DNA of 64,000 bases from Heptranchias perlo (Eukaryota). The notes beneath the pieces are model-generated. The model ran no database searches, was not told the DNA's origin, and saw only the letters and a list, made by a program, of their open reading frames with translations. A program made the position numbers and the translations under genes. The DNA is taken from positions 10,168,001 through 10,232,000 of the forward strand of contig NC_090353.1 of NCBI RefSeq assembly GCF_035084215.1, read 5' to 3'. Positions 14,200 through 27,185 of this stretch are shown here, one piece after another (the stretch's first letter is position 1; the number at the start of each line of letters is the position of its first letter).

Positions 14200-14765
14200 A
14201 AAAATGATTTGTTCATGGGATGTGGGCGTCGCTGGCGAGGCCAGCATTTATTGCCCATCCCTATTTGCCCTTGAGAAGGTGGTGGTGAGCCGCCTTCTTG
14301 AACCGCTGCAGTCCGTGTGGTGAAGATCCTCCCACAGTGCTGTTAGGAAGGGATGATGTGGAGATGCCGGTGATGGACTGGGGTGGACAAATGTAAGGAG
14401 TCTTACAACACCAGGTTGTAGTCCAACAGCTTTATTTGAAATCACAAGCTTTCGGAGGCTTCCTCCTTCGTCAGGGCTCACCTGACAAAAGAGGAAGCCT
14501 CCGAAAGCTTGTGATTTCAAATAAAGCTGTTGGACTATAACCTGGTGTTGTAAGACTCCTTAAGTTAGGAAGGGAGTGCCAGGATTTTGACCCAGCGACG
14601 ATGAAGGAACGGCAATATATTTCCAAGTCGGGATGGTGTGTGACTTGGAGGGGAATGTGCAGGTGGTGTTGTTCCCACGTGCCTGCTGCCCTTGTCCTTC
14701 TAGGTGGTAGAGGTCGCGGGTTTGGGAGGTGCTGTCGTAAAAGGTGCTTTAAAAGATGTTTGGGT
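14200..14765 (-). mobile_element. LINE family B 3' fragment (CR1/L2-superclade-like, clade uncertain), interrupted by a Penelope insertion
   Basis: LLRQHLPNPRPLPPRRTRAAG and 3' tail ...gacgcccacatcccatgaa shared with the copies at 25.6 kb and 49.2 kb. Confidence 0.8.
14354..14563. mobile_element. Penelope-like terminal-repeat insertion with inverted duplication
   Basis: PLE 3' end (ccagtccatcaccggcatctccacatca) on minus plus an inverted copy; 12-bp TSD gttaggaaggga (14342-14353 / 14564-14575). Confidence 0.85.
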
Positions 14766-15529
14766 CTATGCTGCCGGCAGGCGAGGTGCCACAATCTTTC
14801 GATGTGCACTGCCAGCAGCTGAGGCAGGGACTCCTGACAGCAGCACGGGCTTGTACTTCAGGCTGCAGATGATCATTTCCATGAAATCTCTGGAACAGTT
14901 AGTGAGCATGAAGGCAGGAACTGTAGAAGGGAAGCTAACACGGCTCCTGAGTAACCACCACACTGATCTCACAGTTGGGTTATGTAGAATCAGTTTTTAA
15001 AAAAATCTCTCTCCACTGTTTTCCCTGCCTCTGATCTAAAAGCACTGGCTCCTTGTTGGGATATGAGTAGCAAGCTATTTCACTCAAATGGACATCCTTC
15101 ATGCATGAGCCTTGGCAGTGAGTGTCAGGGACATCATGGTGAGCCTGATATTCACATGTTACGTAACTTCCAGCAGGAATCGCTGGGCATTGATCAGAAG
15201 CAGAAACCCTAGCTGATTCTCGTCTCCCCCCGCCCCCCCACCACCAGTTCCTAACCAAGGTATTTTAAACCCCTTATCAGTGCCCGAGCTAACTAAGCGC
15301 GTAGCAGGAATTGAACCTTGTACTTTCCTGATCTCTGGTTACTCAGCAGGTAAAGATCACCGAATGTTTAGAGATCCTCATTTTTTAATTGACAAGCTAA
15401 AAATGAGATATCAGTGCTGTCCACAAGAATGTACGGCCAGTTTGCAGCTGGTTCACAGGCGGGGCATCTGTTTAAATTGATTTAATGTAGAACAGAGGGA
15501 GCCCATTGCCTCAGACTTGAGTTGCTTCC

Positions 15530-16110
15530 CTATCTACGAACCTTTATAAAACACTGGTTCGACCACAACTGGAGTATTGTATCCAGTTCTGGGCACCGCA
15601 CTTTAGGAAAGATGTGAAGGCTTTAGAGAGGGTGCAGAAGAGATTTACTAGAATGATTCTAGGGATGGGGGACTTTAGTTATGCGGATAGACTGGAGAAG
15701 CTGGGGTTGTTCTCCTTGGAACAGAGAAGGTTGCGAGGAGATTTGATAGAGGTATTTAAAATCATGAAGGGTCTAGACGGAATAGGTAGAGAGAAACTGT
15801 TCCCATTGGCGGAGGGGTCAAGAATCGGAAGACATAGATTTAAGGTGATTAGCAAAAGAGCCAAAGGTGACATGAGGATAAACTTTTTTACGTAGCGAGT
15901 GGTTAGGACCTGGAATGCACTGCCAGTGGGGGGAGGCAGATTCAATCGTGGCTTTCAAAAGGGAACTGGATAAGTACTTGAAAGGAAAAAATTTGTAGGA
16001 CTACGGGGATAGGGCGGGGGAGTGGGACTAGCTGGATTGCTCGTGCATAGAGCTGGCACGGACGCGATGGGCCAAATGGCCTCCCGTGCTGTAACCTTTC
16101 TATGATCTAC
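15530..16110 (+). mobile_element. CR1 LINE 3' fragment
   Basis: ALERVQKRFTRMILGM...LGLFSLEQRRLRGDLIEVFKIMKG; CR1 3' UTR and tail. Confidence 0.9.
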
Positions 16111-19100
16111 AGGTCATGGATCATAGGTTTCAGTTCCAAAGCTCTGGTGCTTTCATATGTTAATGTTTTAAGTTTCTAGATGGTCAGGTGGTTATTTCGA
16201 TTATGTCCCACCACATGCACTGTTGACCAAGTAAGAAATGGCAGTAAATGTGGAGTTTCATTTAAATTGCCCTGTAATCCTCAAGTATTCTAAAGGGAGA
16301 TTCATGATGGTGTGTTTCAGCTTTCCTTTTATGGTCACAAGTGGGAGCTAAACTTCTAGGGAAAATTGGGTTCCTGCTCAGTGTACCTTTTAAATCCTAA
16401 AATTAGATTCAAATTGGGGTAAAAAATATAGGGAATGACATTTGTTCCTAGACCAAACATTCTGTGATTCCAGCAGCTACTTCTGTGCTCAAATTGAAGA
16501 TTTCCAAGAACCTTGATTAAGTCCGGCATCAGCATGCAGAACAATTGGTTATTGATAGGCCAGCTCTGTAACTTTATTGTTGCGAATATACAAAGAGTAC
16601 AGTCCACCAAATGCGCCCCATCCACAATGGTGCAGCCACCTACTCCATTCACCCACTGTCAAGTCAGGCAGTCTCCTGGGGAGGCGCAAAAAGTTTAGGC
16701 CAATTCAGGAAAAACTTTGGGAAATTCCTCTCCAATTCCCTAAGGCAATCAAGCAAAGCTTCAGAAGACTGCAGTAACCCATAAATTCTTCTTTTCAGAG
16801 CTAACCCTTAGCTTACCCTCTATCACTGGAAATGCCTTCCTACCTTTACCAGGAACTTGTCCAGCTCCCTTTTGGAAGACTGTAGGGAATCCATACTTGC
16901 TGCAAGCTGCAGTAATTTTCCAGAGGGCAAAACCTCTGTGAAAATAGTCACTTCCTAACATCTAACCTAACTCTGCTTAAGGATTGTTTTTTGCCTATTT
17001 CCTCTGCCTATCATCCTATCCATCTCACATAACCTATCCAACTGGATAGGATCTAATCCCTTTGTTATTTTAAAAAACTGTGTCTCCTAAGCTGCCAATG
17101 TATTAGCTGTTATTGTGTTTGTAATGATGCTGTTTTTATACTTTTAGTTCAAATTCCATGAGTTTCAGTGTCAGTAAACTGGCTCCCAATGATTACACTG
17201 CCAAATCCCGTTCCCGTAGCTCATAGGCTCATGTCTGAGTCTGCTGCTGGGATAAGGGAATCACATCTAGCAGTGTACACACAGGAGCCAACTCACAGAT
17301 GTCGGATTCCTTGAATCCGAACTGAGACAAATTGCAGTAAAATATGGCTTTCTTGTCCCTCCTGCAGTTTTTGATACTTGCCTGAGGTACCAGAGGGTAG
17401 AACTGTAGCCTCATCTTGTCAATTCTTTATGCATGAGCTGAATAGTGAATGGCACAGGTTTTTCGATCGTCAAAGGAAACACAGCTAAACCTGTTGTGTT
17501 CACTTGATATCCCTCTTCTTCAAACCCCATACACACACTCTGCCAGCAAAGGTCAGTGAATAGTAACCAGGAGCAGGATTCCAAGACCATTTTTTCTTCC
17601 TGGTCTCAAATCTACTAAAGCTAATTGTAGCACCCCATAATTCCTGTTACTTATAGTTAGAGATAGTAAAAATGTTAGTGCCATTTCACTTTTTTGGCCT
17701 CGCATCAGCTTGTTTAGTAGGGAGAACATGGTATTACAGATCGTGGCATCACAAACTGGCATTGCAGGCCTTGGCTTTACCGGCCATGGCATTGCAACAC
17801 CCACCTATATATCCCCAAACTCTTTTTAAATTTAATTAACAACAATTGTACATTGGTAGTCCAGTAAAATTTGAGCCTGTTACATTCTATGGATGACTCA
17901 TTCATAGCCCTAGCAGTCCATGAACCATCTTGCTCCATAAGGTACTTGACTGATCTTTAGTCTGATAAGTTTCCTTTCTCCCGTAATCTTTGCCCGTCTT
18001 GCTCCTGAACACACTGACTTATGCTGGGTACTGGTCTATGGGTGTTATCAAGGGACTTGTCCATATAGCCAATCTTCATGTCTAGGTGGTGAAAGGGGGG
18101 GCATCACAGCCAAACCCAAACATGCCTTCATCCAATGTCCACTTTTCAGTAGATGACCGCTGGCTGTTTCTCTCCTCCCCAGTCCAGGGTTGCTAAAGCC
18201 CGTTGGAGTACTGCACTGAGATTAGGGATCGAACCTGGTAAGTTCCTAGTCCAAGTGGCTCAGAACCACACTTACCCCGTCAGCCAGATGTTTATCCAGC
18301 TCTTTTCTACATAAACTATCAGCTTTTGCTGTGAGACATTTGCTATGCAGTGACAGTTGACCCATGTATGAACATCAAGTGAAGGTAGAATTGTGTCAGC
18401 TGTGATGCCCCTCTTTATTTGAATAGTTTGCTAACACTCACATCTAGTCTCACAAAGAGGGAGTGGCCACATTAGCAAGTTACTGGAAAGTGGCTGCTGC
18501 CTGTGAAGCCTTAGTAGGAGTCATTGGAGTGGGGAAATAATGTATCTAGGAAATAACATGAACATCATTGCATTCACATTGCCACTGCCTGCCATCATTT
18601 TAAAGATTATTTTCTCCTCCCCATCTCTAGTGAAGGCCTTGTTGTGGTACGGATCCATGGATGCTAGATGCCCTTTGAACTTTCAACACTATTGAAAACA
18701 AGTTCTGCTTAGAGTGAGGAGAGTGTTAGCTGGGAGTGCAGAGCCTCCTGACAACTTAAGTGGGCACTCTCAAATCATCATATCACAGAGGGGAGTTCTA
18801 CACAAGATACCCACCACCAGGCTGCTCCTAGTCAGTGGTTTAAAGCATTGAGGGTGAACAGGAGTGTGGATGCTGAGAGAGATCTGTAAGTACAGATACC
18901 TTCCTTTAAAATAAGGATTATCTGACATTTCAGAATTCAGATCCCCTTAAAGAAGGACTCTCCCCATTACAATACTGTTTAAAAATTAAACCGCTGACAA
19001 TGCTTCTGATTAATATTCTTGTGGTTTAATCTGTCTATTTCTATTGATTTTTTTGAACATTGTTGCATAAATAGTAAACAGTGACATTATCAGTGGAGCT

Positions 19101-19249
19101 GGTAGAAAGGATTAACTAAGCCTGACGCTGTGAACCACACTAACAACTAATTTGGCAAAAGCCTGCATGCCTTGATTGAGGACTTCTTGTGACAGGTAAG
19201 AACATGCTTTTAATACTTATATTGTGTATGTGTTCCATCTTCAGTAACT

Positions 19250-22200
19250 GAGGGCATTGGGAGAGGTCACCAAGAAATTGTGATATTGGGAGAGGGCACG
19301 TAAATGGGGGAATTGGGAGAGGGCACGTAAATGGGGGAATTGGGAGAGGGCACGTAAATGGGGGAATTGGGAGAGGGCACGTAAATGGGGGAATTGGGGA
19401 GGACACCAGTAAATGGGGGAATTGGGGAGGACACCAGTAAATGGGGGAATTGGGGAGGACACCAGTAAATGGGGGAATTGGGGAGGACACCAGTAAATGG
19501 GGGAATTGGGGAGGACACCAGTAAATGGGGGAATTGGGGAGGACACCAGTAAATGGGGAAATTGGGGAGGACACCAGTAAATGGGGGAATTGGGGAGGAC
19601 ACCAGTAAATGGGGGAATTGGGGAGGACACCAGTAAACGGGGGAATTGGGGAGTACACCAGTAAATGGAGGAATTGGGGGAAGGCATCAGTAAAGAGAAT
19701 TGGGGAGGGCACCAGTAAATGGGGGAATTGCGGGAGGGCACCAATAAATGGGGAATTGAGGGGGGATCAAGTATTTTGGGGAATTGCAGAAGGACACCAA
19801 GAAATTAGGGAATTGGGAGAGGGCACCACGAAATCGGGGAATTGGGAGAGGGCACGTAAATGGCGGAATGAGGGAGGACACCAGTAACTGGGGGAATTGG
19901 GAGAGGGCACGTAAATGGGGGAATTGGGAGAGGGCACGTAAATGGGGGAATTGGGGAGGACACCAGTAAATGGGGGAATTGGGGAGGACACCAGTAAATG
20001 GGGGAATTGGGGAGGACACCAATAAAGGGGGGAATTGGGGAGGACACCAGTAAATGGGAGAATTGGGGAGGACACCAGTAAATGGGAGAATTGGGGAGGA
20101 CACCAGTAAATGGGGGAATTGGGGAGGACACCAGTAAATGGGGGAATTGGGGAGTACACCAGTAAATGGGGGAATTGGGGGAAGGCATCAGTAAAGAGAA
20201 TTGGGGAGGGCACCAGTAAATGGGGGAATTGCGGGAGGGCACCAATAAATGGGGAATTGAGGGGGGATCAAGTATTTTGGGGAATTGCAGAAGGACACCA
20301 AGAAATTAGGGAATTGGGAGAGGGCACCACGAAATCGGGGAATTGGGAGAGGGCACGTAAATGGCGGAATGAGGGAGGACACCAGTAACTGGGGGAATTG
20401 GGAGAGGGCACCTGTAAATAGGGGAATTGGGAGATGCCACCAAGAAATTGCGAGAGGGCACGTCAGTGGAGGAATTGGGGGAAGACACCAGTAAATGGGG
20501 GAATTGGGGGGCACCATTAATGGGAGAATATGGGGAGGGCACCAGTAAATGGGGGAATTAGGAAATGGCACCATGAAATCGGGGAATTGGGAGAGGGCAT
20601 GTAAATAGGGCAATTGGGGAGGGCACCAGTAATTGGGGGAATTGGGAGGGCAACAGTAGATGGGGAATTGGGAGAGGGCACCAAGAAATTGGGGAATTGT
20701 GAGAGGGCACGTCAATGGAGGAATTGCAGGGCACCATTAAAAGGCAGGATATGAGGAGGGCATCAGTAAATGGGCGAATTGGGAATGGCACCATGAAATT
20801 GGGGAATTGGGTGAGAGCACGTAAATGGGGGAATTGGAGAGGACACCAGTAAATGGGGGAGGACACCAGTAAATGGGGGAATTGAGGGAGGACACCAGTA
20901 AATGGGGGAATTGAGGGAGGACACCAGTAAATGGGAGAATTGAGGGAGGACACCAGTAAATGGGGGAATTGGGGAGGACATCTGGAAATAGAGAAATTGT
21001 GGGATGGCACCAGTAAATGGGGGAATTGGAAGAGGGCACCTGCATATAGGGCAATTGGGGGAGGGCACCACTAAATGGGGAAACTGGGGGAGGGCACCAC
21101 TAAATGGGGAAACTGGGGGAGGGCACCAGTAAATGGTTGAATTGGGAGATGGCACCATAAAATCAGGGAATTAGGAGACGGCATGTAAGTGGGGGAATTG
21201 GGGAGGACACCAGTAAATTGGGGAATTGGGAGAGGGCACGTAAATGGGGGAATTGGGGAGGACACCAGTAAGTGGGAAAATTGGGGAAGACACCAGTAAA
21301 TGGGGGAATTGGGGAGGACAGCAGTAAATGGGGGAATTGGGGAGGACAGCAGTAAATGGGGGAATTGGGGAGGACACCAGTAAACGAGGGAATTGGGGAG
21401 GACACCACGAAATAGGGGAATTGGGGATGACACCAGTAAATGGGGGAATTGCGGGAGGGCACCAAAAAATGGGGAATTGACGGGGGGAACCAGTATATTG
21501 GGGGAATTTGTCGAGGGCACCAAGAAATCGGGGAATTGGGAGAGGGCATGTAAATGGGGGAACTGGGGAGGACACCAGTAAATGAGGGAATTGGGAGAGG
21601 GGACCAAGAAATTGGGGAATTGGGAAAGGGCATGTAAATGGGGGAATTGGGGGGCAGCATTAAAAGGGACAAAACGAGGAGGACACCAGTAAATGGGGGA
21701 AATGGGAGATGGCACCAAGAAATTGGGGTTTTGGGGAGGACACCAGTAAATGGGGGAATTGGGAGAGGGCACCAAGAAATCACAAATGGGTGAATTGGAG
21801 GAGGATACCAGTAAGTGGGAGAATAGAGGGTGGATACCAGTAAATGGGGGAATTGGGGGACTGCATGCAAATGGCAGAATAGGGGGAGGGCATGTAAATG
21901 AGGGGATTGGTAGAGGCCACCAGTAAATTTGGGGAGGGCACCAGTGCATGGGGGAATTGGGAGAGTGCATCAGTGAATGGGGGCATTGGGTAAGGGCACG
22001 AGTGAATGGGTGTATTGGGGAGGACACCAGTAAATGGGGGAATTGGGAAGGGCACCACTAAATGGGGAAACTGGGGGAGGGCACCAATAAATGGTTGAAT
22101 TGGGAGATAGCACCATAAAATCGAGGAATTAGGAGAAGGTACGTAAGTGGGCGAATTGGGGAGGACACCAGTAAATTGGGGAAATGGCAGAGGGCACGTA

Positions 22201-24670
22201 AATGGGGGAATTGGGGAGGACACCAGTAAGTGGGAAAATTGGGGAAGACACCAGTAAATGGGGGAATTGGGGAGGACAGCAGTAAATGGAGAAATTGAGG
22301 GAGGACACCAGTAAATGCGGAAATTGAGGGAGGACACCAGTAAATGGGGGAATTGGGGAGGTCTCCAGTAAATGGGGGAATTGAGGAGGACATCAGTAAA
22401 TAGGGGCACCAAAAAATGGGGAATTGACGGGGGAACCAGTATATTGGGGAATTGGTCGAGGGCACCAAGAAATCGGGGAATTGGGAAAGGGCATGTAAAT
22501 GGGGGAACTGGGGAGGACACCAGTAAAAGAGGGAATTGGGAGAGGGCACCAAGAAATCGGGGAAATGGGAGAGTGCATTTAAACGGGGGAATTGGAGAGG
22601 GCACCAGTAAATGGGGTAATTGGGAGATGGCATCAAGAAATCGGGGAATTGTCAGAGGGCACGTAAATGGGAGAATTGAGGAGGACACCAGTAAGTGGAG
22701 GAATTTGGGGAAGACACCAGTAAATGGGGGAATTGGGGAAGGGCACACAAATGGGTGAATTGGGGGAGGATACCAGTAAGTGGGAGAATAGAGGGCGGAT
22801 ACCAGTAAATGGGGGAATTGGAGAAAGATGCCAGTAATTGGGGGAATTGGGAGACTGCATACAAATGGCGGAATTGGGGGAGGGCATGTGAATGGGGGGG
22901 ATTGGCAGAGGCCACCAGTAAATTAGGGGAGGGCACCAGTGCGTGGTGGAATTAGGTGAGGGCACAAGTGAATTGGGAGAGGCACCAGTGAATGGGGGAA
23001 TTGGGAGAGGAAACATAAATGGGGGAATTGGGGAGGACACCTGCAAATAGTGCAATTGTGGGGTGGCGCCAGTAAATGGGGGAATTGGGAGTGCATCAGT
23101 AGATGGGGGAATTGGGCGAGGGCACCCATAAATAGGGCAATTTGGGGAGGGTACCAGTAAATGGGGGAATTGGGAGAGGACATCAAGAAATCGGTAAATT
23201 GGGAGAGGGCACGGCAGTGGAGGAATTGGGGGAGGACACCAGTAAATGGGGGAATTGGGAGGCACCATTAAAAGGGAGAACATGGGGAGGTCACCGGTAA
23301 ATGGGGGAATTGGGAGATGGCACCATGAAATTGGGGAATTGGGAGAGGGAACGTAAATGGGGGAATTGGGGTGGGACACCAATAAATGGGGGAATTGGGA
23401 GAGGGCACCTGTAAATAGGGCAATTGGAGGAGGGCACCAGTAAATGGGGGAATTGGGAGATGGCACCATTAAATGGGGGATTGGGGGAATGCTGTAGTAA
23501 ATGGGGGAATTGGGAGAGGGCACGTAAATGGAGGAATTGGGGAGGACACCGGTAACAGGGAGGTGGGGGAGGGCATCTGCAAATGAGGGAATTTGGGAGG
23601 GTACCAGTAAATGGGGGAATTAGGGGAGGGCACCAGTAAATGGGGGAATTAGGGGAGGGCACCAGTAAATGGGGGAATTGGAGGAAGAGCAGCAGTAAAT
23701 TGGGGAAGGGCACCAGTAAATGGAGGAATTGGGGGAGGGCAGCATGAAATGGAATTGTGGGAGGCCACCAGTAAAGGGGAATTGGGGAAGGGCACCAGTA
23801 AAGGGGAATTGGGGAAGGGCACCAGTAAATGGGGAAATTGGAGGAAGGGCAGCAGTAAATTGGGGAAGGGCACCAGTAATTGGGAGAATTGAGGGGGTAT
23901 CAGTCTATGGCGAATTGGGAGAAGGCACCAGTAAACAGGGGAATTGGGAGAGGCCATCAATGAATGGGGGAATAATGGTAGGGCATCATGAATGGGGCAA
24001 TTGGGGGAGGGCACCTGTAAATGGGGGAATTGTTGGAGGGCAGAAATAAATGGGTGAATTGGGGGAGGGTACCAGTAAATGGGGGAATTGGGGGATTGCT
24101 GCAGTAAATGGAGGAATTACAGGAGGGCACCAGTAACTGGGGTAATTGGGAGAGAGCACAGTAATTAGGGAGGGCACCAGTAGATGGGTGAATTGGAGGT
24201 GGGCACCAGTAAATGGCGGAATTGGGGGATTGCTGCAGTAAATGGAGGAATTACAGGAGGGCACCAGTAACTGGGGTAATTGGGGGAGAGCACAGTAATT
24301 AGGGAGGGCACCAGTAGATGGGTGAATTGGGGGAGGGCACCAGTAATAGGGGAGAGCACCAGCAAATGGGGTAATTGAGGGAGGCCAATAGTAAATAGTA
24401 GAATTGGAAGAGTACACCAGTAGATGGGTGAATTGGGGGAGAGCACCAGTAAATGGGGGAATTGGGGGAGGGCACCTGTAAATGGGGGAAAATTAAGGGG
24501 TGCTGCAGTAAATCTGGGAATTGGGGGAGGACACCAGTAAATGGGGGATTTAGGGAAGGAGACCAGTAAATGACAGAATTGGGGTAGGGCACCTGGAAGT
24601 GGGGTAATTGAGAGAGAGCACCAGTAAATAGCGGGAGGGCTGCAGTAAATGTTAGAATTGGGGGAGGGCA
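19250..24670. repeat. G-rich satellite, 27/28-bp units (gaattggggaggacaccagtaaatgggg / gaattgggagagggcacgtaaatgggg)
   Basis: Direct tandem repeats; 28-aa and 9-aa periodicity of the spurious ORFs; higher-order 501-bp and ~960-bp duplications. Confidence 0.97.
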
Positions 24671-24755
24671 TGAGTAAATGGACAAATGTAAGGAATCTTA
24701 CAACACCAGGTTATAGTCCAACACCAGGTTATAGTCCAACAGTTTTATTTGAAAA

Positions 24756-24792
24756 TCACAAGCTTTCGGAGGCTTTCTCCTTCGTCAGGTGA
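24756..24792 (-). ncRNA. Minimal type I hammerhead ribozyme motif in Penelope pLTR
   Basis: TCAC-CTGACGA-A-GGAG(AAAGC)CTCC-GAAA-GC-TT-GTGA: stem I, core, stem II, palindromic stem III. Confidence 0.75.
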
Positions 24793-25041
24793 GTGTGGGA
24801 TTCCATGAAGGCTACCGCATTTATAGTCAGAAAACAATGCCTGGTGATTACAGATAATCTTTCCAACTGCCCGTTGTCAAGGCAATCAAAGTGTTCAGAC
24901 AGAGAGACATTACATACAGGACTACTGAATATACAAACGGTCAGAACCCAAAGACAGAGAGAGAGAGAGAAACATCCGAAAGGAAGAGAAAAAGAGAGAA
25001 TGACCAGTTGTATTAAAAACAGATAACTCTTTCGCGTGGGG

Positions 25042-25540
25042 TTACGTGTAGCGTGACATGAACCCAAGATCCCGGTTGAGGCTGTCCTCATCGGTGCGGA
25101 ACTTGGCTATCAATTTCTGCTCGACAATTTTGCGTTGTCGTGTGTCTCGAAGGCCGCCTTGGAGAACGCTTACCCGAAGATCAGTGGCTGAATGTCCTTG
25201 ACTGCTGAAGTGTTCCCCGACTGGGAGGGAACCCTCCTGTCTGGCGACTGTTGCGCGGTGTCCGTTCATCCATTGTCGCAGTGTCTGCATGGTCTCGCCA
25301 ATGTACCGTGCTCCGGGGCATCCTTTCCTGCAACGTATGAGGTAGACAATGTTGGCCGAGTCACAGGAGTATGAACCATGTACCTGGTGGGTGGTGTCCT
25401 CTCGTGTGATGGTGGTATCTGTGTCGATGATCTGGCATGTCTTGCAGAGGTTGCCGTGGCAGGGTTGTGTGGTGTCGTGGATGCTGTTCTCCTGCAAGCT
25501 GGGTAATTTGCTGCGAACGATGGTCTGTTTGAGGTTGGGT
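25042..25540 (-). pseudogene. Penelope GIY-YIG endonuclease C-terminal fragment
   Basis: PCHGNLCKTC zinc motif, NIVYLIRC...YIGET, EHF, E...I...LN: GIY-YIG of Penelope-like elements; 5'-truncated. Confidence 0.92.
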
Positions 25541-25561
25541 GGTCAGGTGAGTGTGGGATTC

Positions 25562-26079
25562 CTTTTTTTTATTCATTCATGGGATGTGGGCGTCGCTGGC
25601 GAGGCCGGCATTTATTGCCCATCCCTAATTGCCCTCGAGAAGGTGGTGGTGAGCTGCCTTCTTGAACCGCTGCAGTCCGTGTGGTGACGGTTCTCCCACA
25701 GTGCTGTTAGGAAGGGAGTTCCAGGATTTTGACCCAGCGACGATGAAGGAATGCGATATATTTCCAAGTCGGGATGGTGTGTGACTTGGAGGGGAACGTG
25801 CAGGTGGTGTTGTTCCCAAGTGCCTGCTGCTCTTGTCCTTCTAGGTGGTAGAGGTCGCGGGTTTGGGAGGTGCTGTCGAAGAAGCCTTGGCGAGTTGCTG
25901 CAGTGCATCCTGTGGATGATACACACTGAAGCCACAGTGCGTCGGTGGTGAAGGGAGTGAATGTTTAGGGTGGTGGATGGCGTGCCAATCAAGCGGGCTG
26001 CTTTTTCTTGGATGGTGTCGAGCTTTTTGAGTGTTGTTGGTGCTGCACTCACCCAAGCAAGTGGAGAGTATTCCATCAC
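25562..26079 (-). mobile_element. LINE family B 3' fragment inside the composite insertion
   Basis: MEYSPLAWVSAAPTTLKKLDTIQEKAARLIG...SLHHRR; 3' tail atgaatgaat(A)n. Confidence 0.85.
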
Positions 26080-26189
26080 AAGCTTGTGATTTTCAAATAA
26101 AACTGTTGGACTATAACCTGGTGTTGTAAGATTCCTTACATTTGTCCACCCCAGTCCATCACCGGCATCTCCACATCATGAGTAAATGG

Positions 26190-26760
26190 AGAAATTGAGG
26201 GAGTGCACCAGTAAAAGGGGGAATTTGGGGAGGGCACCAGTAAATGAAATTGGGGGAGGACACTAATAAATAGGGAAATTGGGAAGGGACCAGTAAATGG
26301 GGAAATTGGAGGAAGGGCACCAGTATTTGGGGGAGGGGACCAGTTAATGGAGGAATTGAGAGAGGGCACTAATAAATGGGGGAAGGGGAGGGCAACAGTA
26401 AATGGAGAAATTGGGGGTAGGGCAACAGTATATGGGTGAGTTGGGCAGGGCACCGTTAAATGGGGAAATTGGGGAGGGCACCGGTAAATGGAGAAATTGG
26501 GGGAAGGGCATCAGTATTTGGGGGAGGAAACCAGTTAATGGAGGAATTGGGGAGGGCACGAATAAATGGGGGAATTGGGGAGGGCACCAGTAAATGGGGG
26601 AATTGTGGAGGGCAACCAGTAAATGGGGGAATTGTGGAGGGCAACCAGTAAATGGGGGAATTGTGGAGGGCAACCAGTAAATAGGTGAATTGGGGAGGGC
26701 ACCAGTAAACAGTGGAATTGGGGGGGTGGGCACCAGTAAATGTAGGATTTGGGTTGGGCA
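26190..26760. repeat. Continuation of the G-rich 28-bp satellite
   Basis: Same gggcaccagtaaatgggggaatt units. Confidence 0.95.
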
Positions 26761-26769
26761 CCGCTAAAT

Positions 26770-27185
26770 GGGCTCTTTTCTCTCGAGAAGAGAAGACTGA
26801 GTTGACCTGATAAGAGGTCTCTAAAATTAAAGGGGGTCGACCAGGTAGGCGTAGAGAAGGTGTTTCCACTTGTGGAGCTGTCCAAAACTAGGGGCTATAA
26901 ATATGTTAGTCACTAATTATTCCAGGAAGGAATTCAGGAGAAACTTCTTTACTCAAATAGTGGTGTGAATGTAGAACTCACTACCACATGGAGTTGTTGA
27001 GGCGAATAGCATAGATGCATTTAAGGGGAATCCAGATAAGTACATAACGGAGAAAGGAATAGAAGCATATGTTGTTAGGGTGAGATGAAGTAAATAGAGT
27101 GGGAGGGAGCTGATGTGGGGCATCAAAACCGGGATAGACCTGTTGGGCTGACTGGCCTGTTTCTGTGCTGTAAATTCTATGTAAT
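26770..27185 (+). mobile_element. CR1 LINE 3' fragment
   Basis: CR1 ORF2 end and 3' UTR ending ggcctgtttctgtgctgtaaattctatg. Confidence 0.8.

Larger units (their letters stand above)
24681..26178. mobile_element. Composite Penelope-like insertion with inverted terminal repeats
   Basis: pLTR copies at both ends in opposite orientation; flanking 14-bp duplication catgagtaaatgga (24669-24682 / 26177-26190). Confidence 0.85.

Noticed and set aside
19140-26885. Many long Pro-rich ORFs (up to 322 aa)
   Set aside because: Translations of the 27/28-bp satellite; open in several frames with repeat periodicity
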